From Pseudomonas phage RWG, in the sequence record KM411958.1: a stretch of DNA of 64,000 bases; one strand, 5' to 3'. Of this stretch, positions 1 through 7,704 are shown one piece after another. The notes under the pieces are model-generated. The model was not told where the DNA came from and did no database searches. It was given only the letters and a program-made list of their open reading frames with translations. Position 1 is the stretch's first letter, and each line of letters begins with the position of its first letter. The position numbers and the translations under genes are program-made.

Positions 1-199
1 TCAGTCTGCGGCTCTCCAAAACCGGTTATCCCCCCGGTACCTCTTGAGTTTTGGAATTCCCGCGCTACCTACCCCACCTTGTTTAACTCTACTTCTACCC
101 AATCATCTGTCTGTACTTCTAGATCAAGAGAAGCCTTCGGCTGTGCTGTGGATTGATCCTGTGTCACCACAACCATTCTCACTACTCTGGAGTACTACC

Positions 200-454
200 A
201 TGTTCAAAGCTCTCAACCAATTCTTCGCTATGCTGGAGTCCATGTTCCGTGCTGTCACCAACCTGACCAAGGCTGCCGAGAACGTAACCGAGTGGGCCGA
301 AGAAGAATCTGCTCACTTCAACAACAAGGCTCGTCTGCAACGCGAACAAGCCATCGCTCTGCTCAACATCGAGAACGCTCAGGAACTTCAGGAGAAAGGT
401 CTCACCGAAGCTGTAGAATCCGTCCGTAAAGAACGCTCCAAGTCCAAGGCTTAA
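200..454 (+). CDS. hypothetical early protein (84 aa)
   Basis: ORF track 44..454. The first ATG at 200 has GGAG about 9 nt upstream. Upstream of 200 the frame reads Pro/Leu-rich low-complexity sequence, so the longer ORF is unlikely. Confidence 0.35.
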   Translation: MFKALNQFFAMLESMFRAVTNLTKAAENVTEWAEEESAHFNNKARLQREQAIALLNIENAQELQEKGLTEAVESVRKERSKSKA

Positions 455-850
455 CCCTACCCCAAGTCCCTCACTCCCTAACACGGAGTGGGGGCTTACC
501 TTTTCAGAGCACACATAAGAACACACAACCAGAGCACACACCTCTCTCTCAGGGACAGTAGGTTGTAGGAAGGAAGGGATACTCTCTGTGTCAGTAACTA
601 CTCTCGTGTGTAGGAGGATAGGGGAGATAGGGGAGTCTGGCATTGCATTCACTGTTCATCTCAATGTTCATCTCTTTCACCCTTCTCTCTACCTTTCTCA
701 ACCCTATACCTTGTCATCACTTTCCCTTCTACACGATACACACCGTATCCCTATCTCTACTTGGGTAGTGTCTGATGTTCCTCTACACCTTCGGTGATGG
801 AGTGGTATTCGATTCTGTACTTACTTCATAGTCCTCTATAGGTATCAACC

Positions 851-1042
851 ATGGACCAGAACATCTACACCCTGCTGTTCACCAACGAATGTCTTCACTC
901 CATCGAACATGAGTTCGAAGCTGTCTCTGATGAAGTTGCTCGTATCAAGGCAACTGCCATGTGCAGAGGTCAGGAAGGACTCTGGTCTGGCATCTACCTC
1001 ACTGATCCTCAAGGTGAAGCAATCACCTTTGATCCCTTCTGA
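851..1042 (+). CDS. hypothetical early protein (63 aa)
   Basis: ORF track. ATG at 851 follows a 350-nt non-coding leader. Weak RBS. Confidence 0.35.
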   Translation: MDQNIYTLLFTNECLHSIEHEFEAVSDEVARIKATAMCRGQEGLWSGIYLTDPQGEAITFDPF

Positions 1043-1056
1043 CTGGAGTTTCTCTG

Positions 1057-1287
1057 ATGTCCAATCCGCATAGCGTGTTCCGTGTCAACAAGTGTCTCGT
1101 ACGTATGGTCACCAACGGAGAACTCATCACATCTCCTACCATCCACAACCTGGAAGAGATGCGTGACTACATCCGCAACAACTGCAAGCCAACTGACACA
1201 GGCATCCGTCTCTCCTACATGTCTGAGACAGAAGGCTGTGAGGTAGTCCTTGCTCGCTTCGATCACAACGGGAAGGTACTGGTATGA
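1057..1287 (+). CDS. hypothetical early protein, paralog A (76 aa)
   Basis: ORF track with GGAG 8 nt upstream. Shares the motif NCKPTDTGIRLSY...EGCEVVLARFDHNGK with the next ORF. Confidence 0.5.
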   Translation: MSNPHSVFRVNKCLVRMVTNGELITSPTIHNLEEMRDYIRNNCKPTDTGIRLSYMSETEGCEVVLARFDHNGKVLV

Positions 1288-1526
1288 ACACTCTCTACCA
1301 TAAGATGCAGGAACACGTCTGCTTCGTAGGATTCACTCGTGCTGGTATGGATCATCTCTCCAACCGTGTCCATACTTTCGGTGAAGCCAGACACTTCATC
1401 ACCTTCAACTGTAGTCCCAGTGACAAGGACATCCGCATCTTCTACCGCATTCCCCATGAAGGGGCAGAGGATGCGGAAGTAGTCATTGCTCGTCTGGACC
1501 TCACCGAAACCAAGGAGAACAACTGA
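1284..1526 (+). CDS. hypothetical early protein, paralog B (80 aa)
   Basis: ORF track. Start overlaps the previous stop (ATGA). Contains NCSPSDKDIRIFY...EDAEVVIARLDLTETK, paralogous to 1057..1287. Confidence 0.5.
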   Translation: MNTLYHKMQEHVCFVGFTRAGMDHLSNRVHTFGEARHFITFNCSPSDKDIRIFYRIPHEGAEDAEVVIARLDLTETKENN

Positions 1527-1777
1527 TGATGTACAAGTACGCTCGTATCAAACGTGTCCGTAATATCACCGTTTATGACATCGCGTGTCAGTGCTGGGCA
1601 AGGGATTTCCAGTATGACCTGTGCTGCTATCTGTTGATCCAGCATGGCTTCAGTCCCATCCAATCCCTGGAAGAATTCCAGAGTGTCTGGAACAAGCTGG
1701 ACCAGGAGTACGCAGACTTCTGCAATGAGCATGGCTGTCCCGCTGACCCCATTGGCTTTGCTGACGTGAGGATCTGA
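1526..1777 (+). CDS. hypothetical protein (83 aa), Cys-rich
   Basis: ORF track. Start coupled to the upstream stop (TGATGATG). Confidence 0.4.
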   Translation: MMYKYARIKRVRNITVYDIACQCWARDFQYDLCCYLLIQHGFSPIQSLEEFQSVWNKLDQEYADFCNEHGCPADPIGFADVRI

Positions 1778-1780
1778 TCC

Positions 1781-2089
1781 ATGAGAACCATTGCTGAACT
1801 GATCAAGATTGGCCTGGAATGGCAACAAGCCAACAGAGGGGAAACCTACATGTGTTTCGTCCTGAGTGACCTGGCAAATGGAGTGGTAGTTGGCCCTCCA
1901 ATCACTCGGGATGAGTACCGGTCCTTCAAGAACTGGTTGTGGGAGAAACTGCACTTCCGCAGATCTGACTCTGTACTCGGCCTACTGGAACGAGCGGGCT
2001 TGGACGACTCAGAAGAGAACTGGGTTCAGTTCTATGCCTGGGCCTACTACGACCTCATCAAAAGGAACACCCATGAGCACCAACCTTAA
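1781..2089 (+). CDS. hypothetical protein (102 aa)
   Basis: ORF track. Tightly packed after the previous gene. Confidence 0.4.
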   Translation: MRTIAELIKIGLEWQQANRGETYMCFVLSDLANGVVVGPPITRDEYRSFKNWLWEKLHFRRSDSVLGLLERAGLDDSEENWVQFYAWAYYDLIKRNTHEHQP

Positions 2090-2369
2090 TCTCACTGGCC
2101 GTCTATTCGACATCAAGATCATCCCTACTACTGGAAAGCTGACTGGCTTCCGTGTACGGGTGACCTTGATCAACATGGACTGCCCGAACACTGTACTCAC
2201 CCACGTAGTCATGTGTGGTGATGAGTACACCGCCAAGAGCCTGAAGACTGCGATCCTTCAGCGTCGTCGGCTCAACCTCAAGCACTGGCATTGGACAGAG
2301 GTCAACAAAGACCTTCCTGGTGCCTGTACCAACCGTCTCAAAACCAAACCCTTTACCCTGGAGATCTAA
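2073..2369 (+). CDS. hypothetical protein (98 aa)
   Basis: Internal ATG of ORF 1890..2369 at 2073 with AAGGA 6 nt upstream. The longer version would overlap the previous gene by 200 nt. Confidence 0.4.
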   Translation: MSTNLNLTGRLFDIKIIPTTGKLTGFRVRVTLINMDCPNTVLTHVVMCGDEYTAKSLKTAILQRRRLNLKHWHWTEVNKDLPGACTNRLKTKPFTLEI

Positions 2370-2372
2370 CCC

Positions 2373-2576
2373 ATGCTCACTATCGCTTGCATCGTACTCA
2401 TCGTGTTCTGTGGCTACCTGTTCCTGGTCAAGTGCCTGGCCTCTCTGACCTGCTTCTGTGCACTGTTCGTACTGCCTGGGGCAGAGAAGGTAGCTGCCGT
2501 AGTAGGTCTTGTCTGGAACGTGTTCTGGGCAGCTGTCTGGGTCACTGCAATCAACTTCCTCTTCCACGTCGCCTAG
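2373..2576 (+). CDS. small hydrophobic membrane protein (67 aa)
   Basis: ORF track. Two predicted TM helices (IVLIVFCGYLFLV..., VVGLVWNVFWAAVWVTAINFLF). Confidence 0.4.
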   Translation: MLTIACIVLIVFCGYLFLVKCLASLTCFCALFVLPGAEKVAAVVGLVWNVFWAAVWVTAINFLFHVA

Positions 2577-2595
2577 TAAAACCAAGGAGTCCATC

Positions 2596-2814
2596 ATGAC
2601 TATCGTTCAACTGTTGGCCGTCATCGCCGTACTGCTGCTGGTCGTTCCCACTGTGTTGTCCTTCCTCCGCATGCTCGTATGGGCTGCGGAGACCTGGGTA
2701 CGGTGTGAGACTGGCCGTGGTAACCGTGGTACCGCTGCGGTAGCTACCGTCCTGTACGGAGTGGCTACCTGGGTGTGTGCCTACCTCTTCTTCGTCGTGG
2801 GGGCTTACCTGTGA
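2596..2814 (+). CDS. small hydrophobic membrane protein (72 aa)
   Basis: ATG at 2596 with AAGGAG 6 nt upstream, inside ORF 2509..2814. TM segment LLAVIAVLLLVVPTVLSFL. Confidence 0.45.
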   Translation: MTIVQLLAVIAVLLLVVPTVLSFLRMLVWAAETWVRCETGRGNRGTAAVATVLYGVATWVCAYLFFVVGAYL

Positions 2815-3044
2815 TCATCCTCATCATGTTCCTGCTGTTCGCTGTAGGTCTGTCCATGCTGGTCATCGGCCTGCACAGGCAATGGGTGATCAACGAGATG
2901 CTCAGGTTTCCACTGAGTATCTCCCGTCGCCATGATCTGGTGATCCAGAGAACCCATGCCTGGGTATGGGCAGTATGCGGCCTGGGCCTGCTGTTCGCAG
3001 GCTGTGGTCCCCTCTTCATCTTCCTCGCTGGAGGTCTGCTGTGA
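2811..3044 (+). CDS. small hydrophobic membrane protein (about 77 aa)
   Basis: ORF 2775..3044. GTG at 2811 overlaps the upstream stop (GTGA). Two TM helices. Confidence 0.35.
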   Translation: MIILIMFLLFAVGLSMLVIGLHRQWVINEMLRFPLSISRRHDLVIQRTHAWVWAVCGLGLLFAGCGPLFIFLAGGLL

Positions 3045-3262
3045 CTGACGTAGAGATCCTCATCCTGCTATGCCTTTACATCGCTTCGTCTGTGGCCGTC
3101 CTGAACGGCTACATGAAGTGGTCCAGCAACAACTACACCATGCAACAGACCTGGATGGGTCTGGTGATCGACATCCTTGTGATGCACGTACTGACCTTCT
3201 CTGGGATGTTCGCCCTGATTGGGGCAGTGTGCATCTTCTTCAACTTGGTTGGTCTGCTGTAA
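3041..3262 (+). CDS. small hydrophobic membrane protein (about 73 aa)
   Basis: ORF 2966..3262. GTG at 3041 overlaps the upstream stop. TM helices ILILLCLYIASSVAVL and VMHVLTFSGMFALIGAVCIFF. Confidence 0.35.
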   Translation: MTDVEILILLCLYIASSVAVLNGYMKWSSNNYTMQQTWMGLVIDILVMHVLTFSGMFALIGAVCIFFNLVGLL

Positions 3263-3334
3263 GTACTCATGGCCTACGGCCATGGGGTGGTAATCCAAAC
3301 CATCTCAACTCACTGTTTACTTAGGAATTTCATC

Positions 3335-3520
3335 ATGATCGCTCTCAACACTCGCAAGGCTTCTTTCATCCTGGACCGTGGCTACCGTGAATGCTTGGAC
3401 GCTGAAGTTGTAGCTCGTGAACTGCATGCCATTGGTATGGCCTCGGTCACGGAAGAAGATGTCCTGAACCACTGGGCTGACTGGGACAACGACCTGTCCG
3501 ACGAACCCCACTGGGTGTAA
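3335..3520 (+). CDS. hypothetical acidic protein (61 aa)
   Basis: ATG at 3335 with AGGAA 8 nt upstream, inside ORF 3269..3520. Confidence 0.35.
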   Translation: MIALNTRKASFILDRGYRECLDAEVVARELHAIGMASVTEEDVLNHWADWDNDLSDEPHWV

Positions 3521-3530
3521 GAGCAAGAGC

Positions 3531-3543
3531 AGGCTACGCCTGT
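3531..3543 (+). promoter_or_regulatory. short hairpin (5-bp stem CAGGC/GCCTG, 3-nt loop TAC) about 70 nt upstream of gene 3614
   Basis: Seen directly in the sequence. Its position at the head of a terminator-bounded monocistronic unit suggests a promoter or leader element. Confidence 0.25.
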
Positions 3544-3613
3544 GTAATGGCTTATCTGAGCCGAACCACTTCTGATCTGAATCTACTACCTCTCCCTACA
3601 AGGAACCTGAATC

Positions 3614-3904
3614 ATGGCACTCAAGAAATCCAACGCTCGTACCAACACCGCTGCTCAGTCCGACGACACCCGTGCTGCCAGCTTCATCAACATCTCCATC
3701 GGCACCCGTGGCGGTGATCCGGTTCGCCTGGGCAATGGCATTCCGCTGCGCTTGAGCGAAGCCGTCGAAGCACAGCTGCACGAGTACCTGGCCGAAGCCA
3801 AGGACGACAAGGATCTGGCCAAGCGCATCGAGAACCTGCGCTCGCGCCTGATCCTGTCCTTCCGCGTCGTGCGTGACAAGTCCGAGCTTCAGCTGGACCT
3901 GTAA
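3614..3904 (+). CDS. hypothetical protein (96 aa), insulated monocistronic unit
   Basis: ORF track. AAGGAAC RBS upstream. Followed immediately by a strong intrinsic terminator. Confidence 0.6.
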   Translation: MALKKSNARTNTAAQSDDTRAASFINISIGTRGGDPVRLGNGIPLRLSEAVEAQLHEYLAEAKDDKDLAKRIENLRSRLILSFRVVRDKSELQLDL

Positions 3905-3912
3905 GAGCGTCC

Positions 3913-3958
3913 GCCCACATCCTCACTCGATCCTGAGTAGGGTGTGGGCTGGTTTTTT
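3913..3958 (+). terminator. rho-independent terminator
   Basis: Stem GCCCACA...TGTGGGC with extended imperfect pairing, followed by TGGTTTTTT. Confidence 0.6.
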
Positions 3959-4088
3959 AGACTATCGGTTTGGGACAGTTGAAGAGACCGTCTCAGCCAT
4001 CCTTTCCGATCAAACCAATGAAACTCAGCTGGTTTACTGACAATGAAGTAAAAGTCTGGAATCGGCACTTTCTGGCTGGAGAAACGAT

Positions 4089-4379
4089 ATGCCAACTGCC
4101 CTCGAAATGCTCATGAGCGGTACTCCGACTGGTCGCCTGGTTCAAGACAGGGACTACCTGACCGAGCTTCTGAAAGTGCACAAGTACAGGGGCAGGCACA
4201 TTGATGTAGTCATGGTGGACATGACGGAACTGGAAGAAAGGGTGATGGCCCACATGCTGGATCAGATCCCTGTCGTACAGAAGAAGGTGCGTCGTCACAA
4301 ATGGGAGATGCCGCTGCGAAACCATGAAACCAACCACCTGGGCAAAGGCCCACGTAACAAGTTCGGAGGCTTCAACTGA
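4089..4379 (+). CDS. hypothetical protein (96 aa)
   Basis: ORF track. GGAGAAACGAT precedes the ATG. Confidence 0.5.
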   Translation: MPTALEMLMSGTPTGRLVQDRDYLTELLKVHKYRGRHIDVVMVDMTELEERVMAHMLDQIPVVQKKVRRHKWEMPLRNHETNHLGKGPRNKFGGFN

Positions 4380-4780
4380 TGGACACCAACCAAATGATCT
4401 TCGTGTTTGGCAGTAACACCGCTGGTATCCATGGGGCAGGTGCAGCCAAGTACGCCCGCTTCAACAAGGGTGCTGAGCTTGGCGTGGGTGAGGGGCCGAC
4501 TGGTATGGCTTATGCCCTGCCCACCAAGCACCGTGGACAGAAGGGGCTGTTGGTCACCTGCCCCATCAGTGACGTAGCCCAGGCCGCACAGCGGTTCATG
4601 GACTTCGCCAGGGAGCACTTCTACATGCGCTTCCAGGTAACGCGCATTGGTTGTGGGCTTGCTGGCTTCAAGGACAGCGAGATTGCTCCACTGTTCAGGG
4701 ATGCACCCGACAACTGCTACTTCGACACTGCCTGGACTTCCTGGCTCAAACCAACCACCAAGTACTGGGGGACTATGTAA
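4379..4780 (+). CDS. putative macro-domain-like protein (133 aa)
   Basis: ORF track. Three ordered motifs resemble macro (ADP-ribose-binding) domains: [16 protein letters not shown] (compare NAAN..[13 protein letters not shown]), PTGMAYALP (compare PTGHAVIT) and RIGCGLAGF (compare FPAISTGVYG). The assignment is inferred. Confidence 0.5.
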   Translation: [133 protein letters not shown]

Positions 4781-5031
4781 TGACTCGTACCTATCTGAAG
4801 CGTGTAGTGATCCGTGATGAGAACGGCCTGTTCGTTGCCGATGGGGACACTCTCATCGACGCACTGCGTGAAGTGCAGCTGAAGCATCTGCTCAAGCAGC
4901 TGACCGTACTCGACCAAGATGAGGGTCACCGCTGGATGTTCCAGTTCAGCCACGTCAACAACCACATCGTCCTGACCAAGCAGTCTCCTGACTGCTGTGA
5001 CGGGATCATCCGCATGGGGGATCTCCTGTAA
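4780..5031 (+). CDS. hypothetical protein (83 aa)
   Basis: ATG at 4780 overlaps the upstream TAA (TAATG), inside ORF 4651..5031. Confidence 0.45.
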   Translation: MTRTYLKRVVIRDENGLFVADGDTLIDALREVQLKHLLKQLTVLDQDEGHRWMFQFSHVNNHIVLTKQSPDCCDGIIRMGDLL

Positions 5032-5471
5032 TGCCTCAGTTCATCGTAGGGAACATGTGGGAAGTGTTCGATACCGCTGACCACTTCATCGTGCTGAGCA
5101 ATAGCACACTGACCTCCACCGGTGCAGTAGTCATGACTGCTGGTATGGCTGCTGAACTGGTGGCTCGCTTCCCTGATGCTGGTATTCAAACCAGTGTTGG
5201 GCAGTACATCGCTGAGAATGGAGGGGCTGGTGGCATCTTCGGTTGCCGCTGCCAATCCAAGGTAGGTGTGTTCCAGGACAGGCGTCACTACCGTGATCCG
5301 ACTGACCTGGGGTGTGTCAGCACCAGCACCACCCAGCTGATGTGGCGGGCACAAGAGAATCCAACCCACCAGTACCACCTGGAACAACCGGGACAGAACG
5401 AGCCCTGGTGGCTGATCAAGGACATATTGGCTCGTCTGCCTGACAACGTAACCATCTGGAGCCGTCCCTAA
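5031..5471 (+). CDS. putative macro-domain-like protein (146 aa)
   Basis: ORF track. FIVGNMWEV..ADHFIVLSNSTLTSTGAVVMTAGMAAEL aligns with the macro N-terminal block I.[35 protein letters not shown]. Confidence 0.45.
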   Translation: MPQFIVGNMWEVFDTADHFIVLSNSTLTSTGAVVMTAGMAAELVARFPDAGIQTSVGQYIAENGGAGGIFGCRCQSKVGVFQDRRHYRDPTDLGCVSTSTTQLMWRAQENPTHQYHLEQPGQNEPWWLIKDILARLPDNVTIWSRP

Positions 5472-5510
5472 TGGGATGGCTTCACTCTAGTGCAGTGGAG
5501 GTAGTTGGTG

Positions 5511-5858
5511 ATGAGGATCAATACGCATAACAAGGACGCTTATACAACGGTGAACATGCAGGAGATGGAGCAAAGCATGGGCCGCAAGTTCACTACGATG
5601 CTGATATCTGACTCTCTGCGTAAAGGGGAGTCCTGTCTGTACATCTTTGATGGTTTGACAGAGGAGGTATTCCGTAAAGACCTCTCCAATGTAGCTAGCG
5701 GTCTGATGATGAGTAGACTCAAGAGCTACACTGATCCGTTCAAGCAACTCTATACCAAGCACAATGGCAGGTGGTTCGTCTTCAGCAGTGACTTCAATCC
5801 TGTTGCAGAGAAGCTAGTACCACCAGAGATCCGCGCCCAATCACTTCTGTTCGATTAA
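5511..5858 (+). CDS. hypothetical protein (115 aa)
   Basis: ORF 5505..5858 (TTG). First ATG at 5511 with GGAGG 10 nt upstream. Confidence 0.45.
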   Translation: MRINTHNKDAYTTVNMQEMEQSMGRKFTTMLISDSLRKGESCLYIFDGLTEEVFRKDLSNVASGLMMSRLKSYTDPFKQLYTKHNGRWFVFSSDFNPVAEKLVPPEIRAQSLLFD

Positions 5859-5869
5859 GGAATCGTTCC

Positions 5870-6802
5870 ATGACCATTACCCACATGCTGCCCGAAGATA
5901 TGCAACGCGCCAATGAGTACCGCTTTGCTCGGGCGCACATTGACGGGTACATCCGTGAGTTCATTCGCGGTGACGAAGATCTCCCTGAGCTTATGGAGCA
6001 GGGAATAGCACTACTGGAGGAGTATCGCACCACTGAGTACAGCTATGCCTCCAAGAACCTTCGTATGGAGACTGTTCGTAACCTGGACCTTGAGCACATT
6101 GTGTTCGAGATCATCGTAGCGTCTGCGTACTGTCAGGTACCGGACATGTTCATCAGCTTCACAGCCAAGCTAGCTGGTGTACTTGGCTTCGACGACAAGG
6201 CTGACAGCATCAAGACCATCGCTGAGATGGTTGCAGTACTGGCAGAGCTTGACGTGTACGACATTGAGCAGGTGTCCAAGTATGGTACATACAAGGTCAT
6301 CTCTAACATTCAACTACCGGAGAAGCTTCAGCATGCTGTTGAGCGAGCTATGTACCTTCCTCCTATGGTGTGCAAACCATCCAAGCTCACTGGGAACAAG
6401 TCGAAGCTTCATCTTACTCTGGAGAAGGAATCCCTGATCCTGAACAACAACCATCACAACGAAGACATCTGTCTCGATGTGCTGGACAAGATGAACGCTG
6501 TTGAGTTGTGCCTGAACACTGAGTTCTTGAGCACCGTGGAGGAAGAGTCCCACAAGTACTTGGATACGCAGGACAAGAAAGACGACTGGTACAGGTTCGT
6601 CTCTGAGTCGCATGAGATGTACAAGCTCATGGTTCAGCAAGGCAATCGGTTCTATCTCCTGCACAAGTACGACAAACGTGGCCGTGTGTATGCACAGGGC
6701 TACCACATCAGTACCCAGGGATCGCCTTACAAGAAGGCCATGCTCGACTTGGCCAACAAGAAAGTAGTCACCGGTGTACCTGAACACTTGAAGATCAAGT
6801 GA
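5870..6802 (+). CDS. phage RNA polymerase II small subunit (N-terminal half of a T7-like RNAP; N4 gp15-like)
   Basis: DKRGRVYAQGYHISTQGSPYKKAMLDLANKKVVTG matches T7 RNAP DWRGRVYAVSMFNPQGNDMTKGLLTLAKGKPIG. Size is about 310 aa. Confidence 0.7.
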   Translation: MTITHMLPEDMQRANEYRFARAHIDGYIREFIRGDEDLPELMEQGIALLEEYRTTEYSYASKNLRMETVRNLDLEHIVFEIIVASAYCQVPDMFISFTAKLAGVLGFDDKADSIKTIAEMVAVLAELDVYDIEQVSKYGTYKVISNIQLPEKLQHAVERAMYLPPMVCKPSKLTGNKSKLHLTLEKESLILNNNHHNEDICLDVLDKMNAVELCLNTEFLSTVEEESHKYLDTQDKKDDWYRFVSESHEMYKLMVQQGNRFYLLHKYDKRGRVYAQGYHISTQGSPYKKAMLDLANKKVVTGVPEHLKIK

Positions 6803-6814
6803 AGGAGCAAGCAA

Positions 6815-7075
6815 GTGAGTCACTATGCCTTCTACAAAGAAGACGATGTGTGGAAGTTCGTCAAGTACGACGGATTGCTTGAGCTTGTGCAAGCTGCGTC
6901 ATTGATGGCCTACAGCCCAAAAGAAGCAGCAGCGTGTACCCGCTACAAGCTGAATGGAGTCAGATGGTGGTGGATGGGTATGACTGATAAGGATGCGATA
7001 GAGGATGTGAGTCTTCTTCCAGCAGACCTCAGAGCAATGCTGGTCATATGGAGTTTAGACCAACTGCTAGAGTGA
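6815..7075 (+). CDS. hypothetical protein, WK(D/E)DxxWxxF paralog 1 (86 aa)
   Basis: GTG start with GAAGGAG 7 nt upstream. N-terminal AFYKEDDVWKFVKYD. Confidence 0.4.
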   Translation: MSHYAFYKEDDVWKFVKYDGLLELVQAASLMAYSPKEAAACTRYKLNGVRWWWMGMTDKDAIEDVSLLPADLRAMLVIWSLDQLLE

Positions 7076-7109
7076 AACTTCTATTCACAGTAATGAAGAG
7101 GACAAGTAA

Positions 7110-7394
7110 ATGGAACTGGTGGTTTGGAAAGACGGCGACAATTGGAGAGTGTTTGCTGATGATGCTACCCCGCCTGTGGATGGTACCGTAGACAAAATTG
7201 CAGAGGGTCTAGCTACTCTCTGCCGGAAAGAAAAAGAACCTGTTGTGTTCACCAAGAGGAAGACTGCCTTCTATGACGGATACTACTGGCTTGCGTGGAG
7301 GTACTACCCCACCTACGGACGTGCATACGGCAAAGAAGCCTCAGAAGAAATGATTAAAGAACCCAGCGTTATTGCACTACTCGCGGGGTACTAA
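7110..7394 (+). CDS. hypothetical protein, paralog 2 (94 aa)
   Basis: ORF track. N-terminal MELVVWKDGDNWRVFADD. Locally reduced GC. Confidence 0.45.
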   Translation: MELVVWKDGDNWRVFADDATPPVDGTVDKIAEGLATLCRKEKEPVVFTKRKTAFYDGYYWLAWRYYPTYGRAYGKEASEEMIKEPSVIALLAGY

Positions 7395-7397
7395 CCA

Positions 7398-7670
7398 ATG
7401 AACGTAGCTGCATGGCTTTACAAGGGTGAATGGCACTTATTCACTAGTGAATTGAACAGAGTGGTCTCGGATCAAGCCCACTATCAAGCCAACCTTAAAG
7501 AAGAGGAGAAGCGAGATCTCGTACTTCTCAGACTGACCACAAAGGATAGCAATACCCTCTACTGGTTTCACTTCAACATCAACAACTATTTCGGTAAGCA
7601 CACCCCTGCTATCTACACTCAAGAGCTACCTAAAGAACTTGAAGCACTGCTGACCATCTACGGTCTTTGA
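7398..7670 (+). CDS. hypothetical protein, paralog 3 (90 aa)
   Basis: ORF track. N-terminal MNVAAWLYKGEWHLFTSE. GC roughly 45%, lower than flanks. Confidence 0.45.
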   Translation: MNVAAWLYKGEWHLFTSELNRVVSDQAHYQANLKEEEKRDLVLLRLTTKDSNTLYWFHFNINNYFGKHTPAIYTQELPKELEALLTIYGL

Positions 7671-7704
7671 CTCCAATCCACCTTCGTTTAATGGGAACTG
7701 AACC

